Assembly (NCBI GenBank): GCA_964016885.1
Contig: OZ024743.1
Span: 177,568,001 to 177,632,000 of the forward strand
Source: Eledone cirrhosa
Lineage: Eukaryota
DNA length: 64,000 nt
Reading direction: 5' to 3'
The notes below the pieces were generated by a model, which was given only the letters and a program-made list of their open reading frames with translations, made no database searches and was not told where the DNA came from. How positions within the stretch are numbered: the first letter of the stretch is position 1; each line of letters opens with the position of its first letter. This document shows, piece after piece, positions 1 through 12,865 of this stretch. Position numbers and translations under genes: made by a program.

Positions 1-2320
1 CTATTACACATCCAGCGGAACATGTAAGCTTCGTTCCTCTCTAGTCTGCGTATATCCTCTGCACACAATGCCCAGGTCTCACTGCCATGCAACATTGCTG
101 TTCGTATGCAGGCACCATACAGTCTGCCTTTCATTTTTAGGGAGAACCCTTTAGCGGCTAATAGTGGTATAAGCTCTCTGAACTTTTTTCATCCAGTTCT
201 AACTCTAGCTACTGTACTTTCAGAGCACCCTTCCCCACTGCTGATTTTGTCACCCAGGTAACGGAAGCTGTCCACTATTTCTATAGAACCCTCTGCGCAA
301 TTGAAAGAGCTAGTATTTGTGGGCACTTGCTGCTACTTATTGCACCAGAGCACCGGCCACATGTAAAATCTATGTTCTTCGTTAGCTTACCTATGATCCC
401 ACTACATCTTTTATGCACCCATACTTTGCATTTGGGACATAAAATGGAGTTTCTACCTTCGCCTTTCCTACACACTGAGAATGGCCATTTCCCGGAAGGG
501 ACCGGCGCCTTATTTTCTTTCCTACAAACTAGAACTTTAGTGTTAGCCAGGTTAATTTTAAGGCCTTTTGATTCTAGGCCGTGCTTCCATGTTTGGAATT
601 TTTTCTCTAGCTCGGCCATTGATTCAGCTATGAGCGTTAGATCATCTGCGTATAGGAGTTCCCATGGGCAGCCGGTCTTGAACTCCACTGTTATAGCCTG
701 AAGGGCAATAATAAATAGTAGGGGGCTAAGAACAGAGCCCTGATGAACACCAACATTTACGCTAAACTCTCCACTATATTCGTTGTTAATTCTAACCTTG
801 CTGACTGTTTCTTTATACATGGCTCGTATAGCTCTCACAAGCCATTCATCAACACCTAGTTTTCTAAGAGCCCACCAGATAATGGAACGGGGGACTCTGT
901 CGAAGGCTTTCTCCAAGTCGACGAAAGCTAAGTATAGGGGTTTACTTTTAGCTAGGTATTTCTCCTGTAGTTGTCGTACAATGAAAAGAGCGTATGTGGT
1001 ACTTTTGCCTGACACAAACCCGAACTGCATTTCATCTCGATCAATTCTCTCTCTGATTAGTTGCGCTATTACTTTTTCCGTGACCTTCATGACCTGGTGG
1101 ATTAATTTAATGCCTCTATAGTAACTCCTATCTAGGGCGTCTCCTTTACCCTTGTAGCAGTTAATGATGATGCTGCTACGCCAGACCTTCGGAACAACCC
1201 CATTCTGTATGACTTGGTTTACTATCCGGGTGACCATGGTGTGTCCCACCGTTCCAGAGCCTTTTAGCATCTCAGCAACTATTTCCGAAGGCCCAGCCGC
1301 CTTACCCGTCTTCATATCTTTGATTGCCTTACTTATTATACTACCTTCGACTAACACTGCTGGTCCCTCTATTGGGTCGATGTGGGGGAGACTGTCTTTC
1401 TCCCATTTATTCTCCTCATTTAGTAGCCTTTCGTAGTGACACTTCCAAGCTACCTTCTTATCAGCGTCAGTGATGGCAAGTACGCCATCATCATTAAGTA
1501 CACACTTCTCCCCGACAATATCACGGTTTTCCTTGACACATTGCCTAGCAATCCTGAACACCTCCCGTTTTGGTCCTCGCGTTGTAGAACATACTTGAAC
1601 TTTCTTTCCTCTGCCTCCCTTCTTGCGAAGTACACTTGTCTCCTAGCTTCCCTCCTGGCCACTTGATAGTCTTCTCTACTTCCCCCAACCCGCCATACTT
1701 TCCAAGCCTGCTTTTTGGCCTTAATTGACTCCTCCACCTTACTGTTCCACCACCATCTTACTCTCCTCCTGCCTACAATCCTGCTCCAGCCACAGACTTC
1801 GTCTGCCGCCATCAGCAGGTTTGCTTTCAGGAATTCCCACTGTTCCTCTATATTGTACGACTCTAATTTCTCTTCCTTACTGTCGAAAGCATCAAGTAAT
1901 ATACTTTTAAATTTATTTCTGGCTGTGGGGTCCTTTAGCTTCCATATTTTTCTCCTGAGGATAATCCTCTTCTGCTGTCGAGTACGTCTCGTCCTGGCTA
2001 TGAGGTCACTAACTATGAGTCTATGTTGGGAGGTGCATTCTTCATGGGGGAGGGATTTAGAGTTTACAACAGACACCCTGTCACGTCTTCTGGTAAGGAT
2101 ATAATCTACCTGGTTGGTATGTTCCCCTGATCTGTAGGTGATCAAGTGATTGTCTCGGTTTTTGAAGTTAGTGTTACAGATAGTTGGGTTATTTGCATCA
2201 CAGAATTCCAGGATTCTGGAGCCTTCCTCATTTCTAGTACCAAACCCATAGCCTCCGTGGATTCCGTCATAGCCGTCACAATGTTGACCAACGTGGCCAT
2301 TTAGGTCGCCAGCAATAATT
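1..2320 (-). mobile_element. RTE-clade LINE, 5'-truncated and frameshifted (end of APE endonuclease, RT, Cys/His finger); runs off the window start
   Basis: ORF 1450-2415 has APE motifs (AGDLNGHVG, NQVDYIL, SQHRL). ORF 281-1561 has RT motifs (QFGF, AFVDLEKAFDRV, GVHQGSVLSP, LLYADD). The two are joined by a frameshift near 1560. Downstream sequence (GDKISS, ARVRTGWKKFRELIPLL) continues the RTE thumb region. Confidence 0.92.
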
Positions 2321-2389
2321 ATATATATATATGTATATACATATATGTATGCATATATATATATATATATGTATATACATATATGTATG

Positions 2390-3165
2390 TATAATATATA
2401 TGCAGTAAGAAACACAGTAAACCGTGTGTCTAATATTACAAGGGTTGAAAAACCACATTTGTTTGAAATATTTAACCAAGAAGCAGACAGAATGATAAAA
2501 TAAAAAATATATTATTATACAAACCGCCTCAATAACCATTATATCTCTTGGACAGATTATCCTTAATCTGTTTCGCCCTGAGTGTGTTTGTAACAGATAA
2601 TCCTTGGGCATCATCAGCGAGAGAATCTGATTAAATGCGACAAACACTATGCACCAACGTTCACACAGAAAGATGAAATTCATCACCTCGTACGCCGCTA
2701 GTCAAACGTGGTAAGCGTGTATTGATAGAAACAACAGTCCAACACACACAACTTAATAAGCTCGACTTGTGAGGGAGCAGAAATATAAATGAAAATTAGA
2801 GTTAAAACTCCAATTGAAACCCTGTAACTATTAAGCTCCAAGTATAAAATACTGAGCCGTATAATAATATATATACAGTAAGAAACACAGTAAACCGTGT
2901 GTCTAATATTACAAGGGTTGAAAAACCACATTTGTTTGAAATATTTAACCAAGATGCAGACGGAAAATATTTTTATTTTATCATTCTGTCTGCTTCTTGG
3001 TTAAATATTTCAAACAAATGTGGTTTTTCACCCCTTGTAATATTAGACACACGGTTTACTGTGTTTCTTACTGTATATATATTATTATACGGCTCAGTAT
3101 TTTATACTTGGAGCTTAATAGTTACAGGGTTTCAATTGGAGTTTCAAATCTAATTTTCATTTATA
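2390..3165. repeat. (TA)n-flanked rearranged repeat with direct (2390-2490 vs 2865-2960) and inverted (2790-2960 vs 2985-3160) copies; probable PLE terminal-repeat remnant
   Basis: CAGTAAGAAACACAGTAAACCGTGTGTCTAATATTACAAGGG occurs twice on + and once as reverse complement; the block contains an HHR motif. Confidence 0.75.
2544..2624 (-). ncRNA. Type I hammerhead ribozyme motif
   Basis: Minus strand reads TCTCTCG CTGATGA T GCCC..GGGC GAAA CAGATT aaggat AATCTG TC CAAGAGA. Core intact, GUC site, 6-bp stem III, one mismatch in stem I. Confidence 0.8.
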
Positions 3166-3219
3166 TGTATGTATATATATATATATATATATATGTATAT
3201 ACATATATGTATGTATATA

Positions 3220-3527
3220 TATTGTTATATTTGGGGAGGGTCATATTTGCGTAATATTGCCAGAATTAATAACAGAACACACTCACTGTTTGGTTGGTTT
3301 TCGCTTCTCGCTGTCTTTTATATATACATATCTGCGATCTAACTTACTCGGTCCTCAATGTTGCCATTGACTGACCGGCGGTCAAAATTGAGGACCGAGT
3401 AAGTTAGATCGCAGATATGTATATATAAAAGACAGCGAGAAGCGAAAACCAACCAAACAGTGAGTGTGTTCTGTTATTAATTCTGGCAATATTACGCAAA
3501 TATGACCCTCCCCAAATATAACAATAT
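3220..3527. repeat. Near-perfect palindrome (arms about 140 bp, spacer about 27 nt) between (TA)n tracts
   Basis: TTGTTATATTTGGGGAGGGTC...CTCGGTCCTCAAT is the reverse complement of ATTGAGGACCGAG...GACCCTCCCCAAATATAACAA. Confidence 0.9.
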
Positions 3528-3618
3528 CTGTTTCGACACACGATTTCATATAAAAAACCTCGCAAAACTAATTCATCGCCGCTATGTATATATATATATA
3601 TATGTATATACATATATG

Positions 3619-3666
<48 letters not shown>

Positions 3667-3695
3667 TGTATATATATATATATATACATATATTG

Positions 3696-3774
<79 letters not shown>

Positions 3775-4149
3775 CTGTCGTTAATAGAGATCATTGTGAG
3801 TTATGTAGTAAAAGACCAATAAGTATTTTAAAGCCGGTAAAATGCGGTAACATATACGATGGGCAAATAAGGACAAATAAAATAGAAAAAAAAAAACAAC
3901 GTAATTTTTTGAGGATGAATGGTTATTATAGCAAGCCCTGGTATGCGCATACATTTTTTCAAGCAGGGAGGAAAACCCGGAAAACTCTAATCGTTCGTTT
4001 GTTTTGTCTTGAGCTTTTTCAAATTCTCATCTGGTAATAACCCAAAATACGCCGGGTAAATATTACTTTCTTTTGATTCATTTGTCATCATTTGTACTTC
4101 ATAACCCATTGTATCGGGTTTAGAAAAACGTATCGGTCTTTTAGTACAC

Positions 4150-4268
<119 letters not shown>

Positions 4269-4283
4269 ATATATATATATAAT

Positions 4284-4315
<32 letters not shown>

Positions 4316-4343
4316 ATATATATATATAATATATATATATAAT

Positions 4344-4438
<95 letters not shown>

Positions 4439-4634
4439 GTACTTCTGTATGCGTGCGTGTGGGGTTTTTTATAACTTATTTATAGACATACAGCATCAGA
4501 AAACTGCCAGGAAGATAACAATGTTCCTGTTTGTTTGTTTAAATATAATTTACTTTCCCCGTGTTTTTCTGATACTTATTTCTCAACAATCACGAAATAA
4601 GCCATCTTTTCGACAAACAAGTAATAAATATTTA

Positions 4635-4736
<102 letters not shown>

Positions 4737-4943
4737 TTAAATAGAAAATATAGAGAAATATATAAACAACAACCAAAGAATCCTATTTATAATATATCCA
4801 ATCCTCTCTTTATTTAATAACATATGATAATTGTAAGATATTGCAGCAAACAGATGACGCTAATTTCAGGTATAGAGACTATCAAAAACTTGCTACCTTA
4901 CTTTTTATATAATACAATATCTTTGTTCCCCCCCCCCCCTCTC

Positions 4944-5140
4944 TCGTGGCCTAGTGGTAAGGGTGTCGGACTTTCGATCATAATGACATGGGTTTGATTT
5001 CTGGACTGGGTTGTGTGTTGTGTACTTGAGCAATACATTTCATTGCTCTAGTATACCTAGCTGAAAATGAGTAGCAGCAATAGCTGGGGGGTTTAATACA
5101 CTGGCGACCCATCCAATTGGGATCCTTGTAATCGCAGACG
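4944..5140 (+). mobile_element. tRNA-derived SINE, second type (related copies near 12420-12620, 14085-14380, 17910-18040, 52410-52530 minus)
   Basis: GTGGCCTAGTGGTAAGGGTGTCGGACT A-box-like head, GGTTTGATTTC B-box-like motif, then GTGTTGTGTACTTGAGCAA. Confidence 0.65.
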
Positions 5141-5375
5141 TTTTTATATATATATATATAGGGATTGTAAGGTCCAGTCACTGCAGGTTCACCGGAATGA
5201 GGATTCGATGCGTAGATTCCAGTAAGTTTGAAGGTTTAGTACAAAGCAGAGTGTAATAATGCGTTTGATTCCAGATTCAGGTTAGATCGATACAGATCAA
5301 ACCTTGAGCTGATCTATAGCGAAACCTGCATCAGTACTAAATAAACATAATCAAGACATGACAAATTGTCCTTCT

Positions 5376-5443
<68 letters not shown>

Positions 5444-5447
5444 GCAC

Positions 5448-5520
<73 letters not shown>

Positions 5521-5566
5521 GTAATAATAATAACGAAGAACAAAATCCGAAGTGTGATCGATAAAG

Positions 5567-5641
<75 letters not shown>

Positions 5642-5777
5642 ATGTATGTATGTATGTAAAAGGTAAACAGAAATAACAACACAATCGGTACAGTATATGG
5701 AAGGGATATATTAGGTTAACGCTTGATATAGCAGGAAGAGGGTGTATATATATATATATATTTTATTGTATAGAAGG

Positions 5778-5828
5778 AGCTTCTACAGGACTAGTACTGT
5801 TTCATTCAGATGAAATCTTCAGGAAGCT
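5778..5828 (-). ncRNA. Type I hammerhead ribozyme motif
   Basis: Minus strand reads AGCTTC CTGAAGA tTTCAtcTGAAt GAAA CAG tactagtc CTG TA GAAGCT. Perfect 6-bp stem I, GUA site. Confidence 0.8.
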
Positions 5829-6259
5829 GGGTGTCATATTAAGTTCTTGTATTTATACAATTAGGTAGTGGTAAGGGAGGGATGGTGGCTGGGGGGGGGG
5901 GTATTTTTGGGGGTAGGATGGTATTTAGATACACAGGACCACAACATGGCACAGGCCGTTTTTTCTTTGGGGAGTGGTCAATTAGCCAGAGTGCTTTTTT
6001 GAAATAAATAAATAAGTAAATAAATAAATAAATGAATAAATAAATAAATGAATAAATAAATTTAAAAAATAAATAAATAAAATAAATAAATAAAAACCCC
6101 AAGTAATTCAACAGATATATAGTAGGACATTTTTTTAGGTGGGTTGGTAATAGAAGATAAACAAGACCGAATCATGGCACAGACTGAGGTGAGTGGTCAA
6201 GTTAACATACAAGCCACAGGTGGCCAGAGTGTTTTTGTAGAATGGAAAGAATAAAATAT

Positions 6260-6325
6260 ATTTACATACTCACAACCACATACAAAAACACTTACACACA
6301 CATATATATATGCATACCTATACAC

Positions 6326-6360
<35 letters not shown>

Positions 6361-6361
6361 C

Positions 6362-6394
<33 letters not shown>

Positions 6395-6860
6395 AATACA
6401 TGTGTATATATATACGTATACATACATATATATATACACACATTCACATGCATATATATATACACACAAGAAAAAACACAAACACACAAATATACACATA
6501 CACACACATATATATATCTACACATACACACGTGCGTATACACATATATATATATATACACACATACATGTATGTATGTCTCTCGGTATAAACTATACTA
6601 TACATACATATACATACATATGCACACACATACATACATACACATACATACACACACACACACACACATACATACACACATATATACATATATACATATA
6701 TACACATACACACACATACATATATATACACATATATATATATATATATATAAATATACACATACACATATACAATCACACACGCATACATACACATACA
6801 TACATACAAATAAGTACACATAAACACATATGCACAAACACGCACTCGTTCGCAAACATA
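6260..6860. repeat. Compound (TA/CA/TACA)n low-complexity tract; similar tracts at 3585-3770, 4150-4437, 5381-5655, 22100-22490, 25440-26650, 32300-32575, 44050-44510, 62700-62965
   Basis: Direct reading of dinucleotide and tetranucleotide arrays. Confidence 0.95.
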
Positions 6861-7459
6861 GATGTGTCTATAATATAATGGGAAAAGGTAGTGGGACAAA
6901 TTTTAAACTGGGCAAATTTTAAATGGGACAACTTTAAGAGACACTAATAAGTAATTGACCGTTTCTCCAAAATATATATATTTGAATGTGATGAACGGAT
7001 AAACTTTCACCTACAGTTTCTCTATCAATCATATATATATATGTGTTTGGAAGACAGCTAAAATTTGATGAATTAGTAGCTTTCGCCGTATTGTTTACTA
7101 TAGAAAATTGTCTAATAACAGGGCGTATAAACTCCCAGAACGGACAAAAGTGAGTATCAGCTACTAATTCAACTTTCAAATTCCAATTACCACTGCCTTC
7201 TAAATATACTTGTTTATTCACATATATTGCCTTTAATTCATAGCTTCTAAATTTGACGGAGAAAAACGGAAGGAGGTGGTGAAAACCGGTTAGAGCACTT
7301 AACGAGGAAATAAGAGTTGGGAGTTCGATTTCTGCGCGTGCCGAAGCCCATTTACGGTGAAAGCTAGTAATTCAATTATCAAATTTCAGTCGACGCAGTC
7401 TTAAAAATCACACGTGCATATATATCGCCTTATAATGATGATAATAAACTATAGAGAAT

Positions 7460-7730
7460 CAGTCACATAGAAGTGGTATCGATTGTGGTTGGTGTACTGG
7501 GAGCAGTTATAAAAAGGTTAGATACATGTCTAGAGAAGCTAGGAATTACCTTCAGGGCGGGATTGTTGCAGAAAACAGCCTTGTTTGGAACAGCAAGGAT
7601 TCTAAGAAGGATGTTGGAAGGTTGAAGGAGAAGAAATGACCCAAAGAAGCTATAGCCATTGGCTATGGCTTGTTCTTTTAGTATAACATCTGACAGATTA
7701 AAAGCATTACGAATCATAACAATAATAATT
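7460..7730 (+). mobile_element. 3' end of an R4/Dong-type (restriction-like endonuclease) non-LTR retrotransposon
   Basis: The + frame reads EVVSIVVGVLGAVIKRLDTCLEKLGITFRAGLLQKTALFGTARILRRMLEG*, followed by a 3' UTR ending in TAA-rich repeats. Confidence 0.75.
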
Positions 7731-7734
7731 ATGT

Positions 7735-7885
7735 TTTCTATATTAGGCACAAGGCCAGTAATTTTGGGGTGAGAGGAGTGTCGATTAAATCGGCCCCAGA
7801 GCATTATTGGTACTTTATTTTATCGACCTTGTAAGGATGAAAGGCAAAGCTAACCTTGGCGGTATTTGAACTCAGTATGTAAAGA
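7735..7885 (-). mobile_element. tRNA-derived SINE with Meta-domain-like core (partial)
   Basis: Reverse complement contains GAGTTCAAATACCGCCAAGGTTAGCTTTGCCTTTCATCCTTACAAGGTCGATAAAATAAAGTACCA. Confidence 0.8.
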
Positions 7886-8499
7886 GATGTAAAAACCAGA
7901 TTTAGTTGTTTAATTTATATATTGAGACCCCAACGCATCCTATTTATTTTATAACTTTGGGGTTTCTAGCAATGTTTTGTCATGTATAATGTTTTTTTTT
8001 AATGTATAAAAAAAATAAATTGTCCTAGGAATGGTACCACTTAAAATAAAATTTCTCCGCAGATAGATTAGCAAAATTTAATAAATGGGGATGGGTGAGG
8101 TAAAAGCGGGGGTGAATATCTGAAAATTTAATAAGCGGGGAAGAGGAGACGATTATTCGAGACCCGACAGTATCTACAAAAGTAAATTATTATAATTTCC
8201 AATATTTTGTTTAAGTGATATCCTTAAATTCATCCAACAATCAACTAAATTTACTGTCTCCTAAATAATTATTTAAGTAGTGCTCAAAGTTGTTACTGAA
8301 CAATTGTATGATGTGTTTTTAATTGAACAGTTATGTTGCTGTTGTTTATGTCATTTTTACAGAATTCAACCAGATGGTCTGTATCTACAGCAGCTGAATG
8401 ATAACCAATCAACATTAGAATATTACCTTAAAAGCTTCATACTTTAAACCACCACTCTGCTTTCTTTATTTGAATCTGCACCAAATAATAGTTTCTGAT

Positions 8500-8690
8500 T
8501 TAGACGCAAGGACAAAAGTTTTGTGGGTGAGGAAAGTCGATGATTAAATCGGCCCCAGTGCGATACTGGTACCTTATTCTATCGCTCCTGTAGGGATGAA
8601 AGGTAAAGCTAACCTCGGTGGCATTTGAACTCAGAATGTAAAGGGACGTAACTATACATCGCAAAGAATGTTGTCCGACGTTCTACAGAC
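8500..8690 (-). mobile_element. SINE, same family
   Basis: Same core motif in reverse orientation. Confidence 0.75.
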
Positions 8691-8964
8691 AACACCCTAA
8701 ATATAAACTGAAACCTAATAATAAACAGAAAAAAGATCACATCGCAACAAATCAACTAGAATAAATACCGAAGAGTTTCTAATAAAGAAAATAGACGATT
8801 GTGGTATAGATCAGAAAATAGTTTAGATCAGAACATAGCTTGATCAGAACATAGCCTAGATCAGAACACAACTTGGATCATATAACATGTGGTCCATTTT
8901 TAATGTTAAATAACCACCACTTTCAAATTTCAAAAAATGCAGCTCAAAAGCAATATATATATAT

Positions 8965-9470
8965 AAATGCTTCTGCGTGTTGGCTTTTGACAAGTTTGGC
9001 CTTCACTCCCTGTCTTGCCGCCAGAGCACAGGGCCGATTCCCCCGACACGCAGCTCTCAACGACATATTGAGAAGAAGCCTGGACGCAGCTGGCTTCAAT
9101 CTCAACTGGAGCCAGCAGGCCTAGCCTGCAGAGATGTCATGGGCCCCGACGGTACAACCTCTTCCCATTCGAAGAAGGTATCCCTCATCTGTGACGCCAC
9201 CTGCTATGACACGTTCTCCGCTTCCAACTTAGTGCTTGGGCCACAAACCCCGGCATCGCGGCACACCTCGCAGAAGAACGAGACCTCAGGCGTTCTTGGA
9301 CCCCATACAGCCGAGCTCCTCTGCAAGGGCGGAACGTTGATGGCCCGTCTCAGGAAGGAGCCCCGTGGGGTTAGGTGGCTTTTACAGCAGGTGTCACTGG
9401 CCATTGTCCGCGGGAATGCTTTTGCGGTCTTGTCCGCGGGGAGCAGCACTTCTACCCACATGTCCTAGAT
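8965..9470 (+). mobile_element. 3' fragment of a CRE-type non-LTR retrotransposon (restriction-like endonuclease domain), degenerate
   Basis: Frames give GLHSLSC..GRFPRHAALNDILRRSL, LEPAGL..PDG, ICDATCYDTFS, ETSGVLGP, LLQQVSLAIVRGNAFAVL. Confidence 0.75.
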
Positions 9471-10234
9471 CCAAAGCCCAATCACCCCTCCTCAATCTTC
9501 TGCGACACCAGAGTTCTTGCCATGCCCTCCCTTTCCCGTTCCTTTCTTTCCTCTCTTCTTCGATTTTTTCCCTACATTTCCCTATTCCTTCTATTTTCTT
9601 TTGTTTCCTTTTCTTTTTTTAATATTGCTTTTATTATATTTGTCATTATTAATATAATAGATATTATTGAAACTTTCTACATATGAAAAGAAACAAAATT
9701 ATCAGTGTATTGCGATCTGGATGAAGATCTAGAAAACAACTGTCCTAAAATTTATGATCCAGAATAAAAGCACCAAGATTAAGGACTGAAAAAAAAAAGA
9801 GAAAAAAACCACATCCACTCTGCTAGAGGTGGTAATCCTTTCTGACGAAAGATATTGCTTTTAAAATGCGGACAAGTACAACAAATACAATTATCTTGAT
9901 ATATAAAAGTACAAAATATGGCACTTGAAGATAAAGTGCCAATAACGATCTTACACACTCTCAAAAAAATAGTTCCACTAGAAGCAGCCGACATCCTGGG
10001 TAAATAGAATGATCTTCACGCATAACACAAACATACCCTATACAATGTATGCATGCATGGCCTCGTAGCGCCATGGGTGGTGTAGGGACTTCATATCACT
10101 TTTGTAAGGCACTTTTAAAATCTGGCGGAGACCATATTCTCTCCAGGTCTGAATACAGCAGATTTCTTCCAGAGAAAGATAGATAGAGTGAGAGAAGAAT
10201 AGAAGTGAGAAATAGATATAGAGAAAGAATAAAC

Positions 10235-10378
10235 CCCAGTATTTGGCAGGTACTTTTTTTATCGACTTCGAGTATATGAAAGCCGAAGTTAACCTTGGCG
10301 GGATTTGAACTGAGAGAGCAGAGAACCGGAACGAATGCCACAAATCATTATATAAGGCCTCTGCCAATTCGCTGCCTT
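10235..10378 (-). mobile_element. SINE, same family
   Basis: Reverse complement has GGCAGCGAATTGGCAGAG..CAGTTCAAATCCCGCCAAGGTTAACTTCGGCTTTCAT. Confidence 0.7.
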
Positions 10379-10950
10379 ATTCTATACAATATAACAGACT
10401 AACAGACGTTTCCCAGTATACTATCAAAATATTTTCTACACCCTTAATTCCCAGTTTCTTATATTGTAGTCTCAGTGATGATGAGGAATATTTAATATAA
10501 TAGATAACTTTCATGGAAATCTATTTCTGTAAATGTTATGTGAAACTAATTTAATACAAACTTGCCTTTTGTGATTTTGATAGAAATATTCTGGAAATAT
10601 CGTAATTTCCTTCGACAACATGAACCATAAATGTATGATACATAGGATTACATATGGTCCATACTTCTCCGATAAAGATGTTTACAGGGTTGAAAACCTG
10701 TACACAATATATATTCAACTGTAGAATCTCAACAGACTTTCATTTTTATGTGATGATGGAGGTTTATGCAACTGAACATGTTGCTCAGACTCAGCTGTAC
10801 AGTCTTTCACTTCATCACCACTTTCCCTTTCCTTCATTGATTAATTATTTTTGCTTTATCTTCCTTTTTCTCTATCATTTTCGTTTCTTATTGCCATTTA
10901 TATTGTATTCTTTAATGTTAAAAAACATTGTGATTCTTTGATTCTTAGTA

Positions 10951-10987
<37 letters not shown>

Positions 10988-12197
10988 AGAGAAATAAACC
11001 CCTATATATATTGATAATAAAAAAGATTGTTTTAAAATGCTCCAGAAAAAACAAGATTAACTCGAAGATCCTTTACTTAAGTATTAATGTTATATCATTT
11101 TTCTCAGGGAATGAGAAACGAAGATAAAGTGGTTGTTATCTATGACAGTCCTCCATAGGAGAGATCGGTGGGGTTGGTGTTTAATCTTAGCAAATGTACT
11201 GTTATTGGTAGTAATATAGAATCTTGCGTGTGCGGATAGTTTAAAACGTGATAAAAGTGTTTAGCGTGCTATTTAATGAAACGCAATAAATATGATAAAA
11301 GACGAGGCGCAGCTGTATGGATTGAATAAGAGGAAAAAGCAGATGACATTGTAGTAACAATAGAAGAGAGAGAAGGAATGAGAGATGGAGAAAGACAGAG
11401 TGAGTGAGAAAAAGAGAGAGGGGGGGGGGCAAAGAAAGATAGAAAGAGATTGAGAGATAGAAAGAAGAAAGACAGAGAGAGAGAGAGAGTGAAAAACGAA
11501 GAAATACAGCGAGGGAAAAGAGAGAAATAATGAGAAAGAAAAAGAGGGAGCGAGAGAGAGAGGGGAAGAACAGAAAGAGTATGAGAGAAAAAGAGAGAGA
11601 CAAGAGAGAGTGGGATAAAGATATATAGAGAAAGAGTAGAGAACACCGGCCACGAAGCAAAGCAGGATGTGTTGACTGAAATTTGCAAATGTGGCGTTCT
11701 TGTGGTTTCGGTCTAGGCTGATTCTATGAATGAAGTGGCAACACAATCTGAGGCATGTGAGTAATATTCTAATGTGACTTTTAGTTGAACCCTTATGTAG
11801 ATCAACTGGCTATAGAAGTGGAGACTTCTCGAGTATTTGGCCCTAGGACCACATACCTGTCTACCACCATCAGCACAGAGTTGGTTACCTGAAGATGGGA
11901 ACCTCCCGAGCTGGAATGGCTCTTCCAACGCGTTTCCCTATTCTCCGGGGAAATGCCTTCTCTATTCTGTCCGCTGGAGTCGCGGGGCAGCCAGCGTGTA
12001 GGCCCCATTTGCTTATAATAGTGGGAGATGGGGAGAGTGAGAGAGATGGAGAGAGAAGTGAATAAAAGAGAGAGAACATCAACACTCATTTACTTATTTA
12101 TTTATATGCCAGTATGATGTGTAAATAGTTGAAGTATTTTCTGGTTTTCACGAAGAATTGTACTAATATCAACTGTATTATTAGATATGAATGTGAG

Positions 12198-12420
12198 GGC
12201 GGTGAATTGGCAGTGTCAGTAGAGAGTCGGAGACCATGTTTTTCAGCATAGAGTTATATCCCTTTACGAGTTATGTCCCTTCCGAGTTCAAATCCAGCGG
12301 AGGTTAACTTTGCCGTTCATCCGTACGGGGTAGATAAAATAAAGCACCAGTAACGTACTGGGGTAGATTTAATCGACTTTCCCTTCCCCAAAATTACTGG
12401 CCTTGTGCAGTACTAGAAAT
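12198..12420 (+). mobile_element. Full-length SINE with Meta-domain-like core
   Basis: GGCGGTGAATTGGCAGTG head; GAGTTCAAATCC B box; TTTGCCGTTCATCCGTACGGGGTAGATAAAATAAAGCACCAG core. Confidence 0.85.
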
Positions 12421-12534
12421 TGTGAGGTTGTGAGTTCGATTCCCAGACTGGGTCATGTGTTATGTTCTTGAGAAGACATTTATTTAATTTATTTGACGTT
12501 AATCCTTCTGCCAGGAGTTGCGACCAGTAGATAG

Positions 12535-12865
12535 TATCAGCCTTGTCACACAATGTGTCATGCTGAATTTCCCTGAGAATTGCGTTAAATGGTACATACG
12601 TTTGTAGAATGCTCAGCCACTTCCACTGTAATACATGATGGACTGTACATATAATTCAATGGACCAATCTTTTTTCACAATGAGTCATGTGGAATCTTCC
12701 TGAGAACTACATTACTGGTACATGTATTTGTAGAAGGCTCAGCCACTTACACTATATTTCATGATGGACTGTACATGTAATTCAATGGACCAGCCTTGTT
12801 TTACAATGTGTCATGCTGATCTTCCTGAAAATTACGTTAGACACATGCACCTGAGGAATATTGAA
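12535..12865 (+). repeat. Tandem duplication of a unit of about 125 bp (about 2.5 copies), SINE-derived
   Basis: CAATGTGTCATGCTGAAT..CTGAGAA..GCTCAGCCACTT..ATGATGGACTGTACAT..TTCAATGGACCA repeats. Confidence 0.75.

Noticed and set aside
327-2104. Plus-strand ORFs overlapping the RTE LINE, and antisense or alternate-frame ORFs over the Tx1 and PLE copies
   Set aside because: Shadow frames of retroelement coding sequence with no independent motifs.
3502-4037. Many ORFs with YI/HT/CV/RE repeats (also 5314-6899, 21995-22526, 25353-26776, 32150-32655, 44077-44643, 58722-59137, 62248-63129)
   Set aside because: They are translations of (TA)n, (CA)n and (GA)n microsatellites, which lack stop codons; not genes.
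8805-8885. About 17-bp tandem repeat (TAGATCAGAACATAG..) resembling a CRISPR array
   Set aside because: No unique spacers, eukaryotic context and no cas genes; it is a minisatellite.
12198-12300. tRNA-like A/B boxes
   Set aside because: These are SINE heads; no cloverleaf, and each continues into the shared SINE core.
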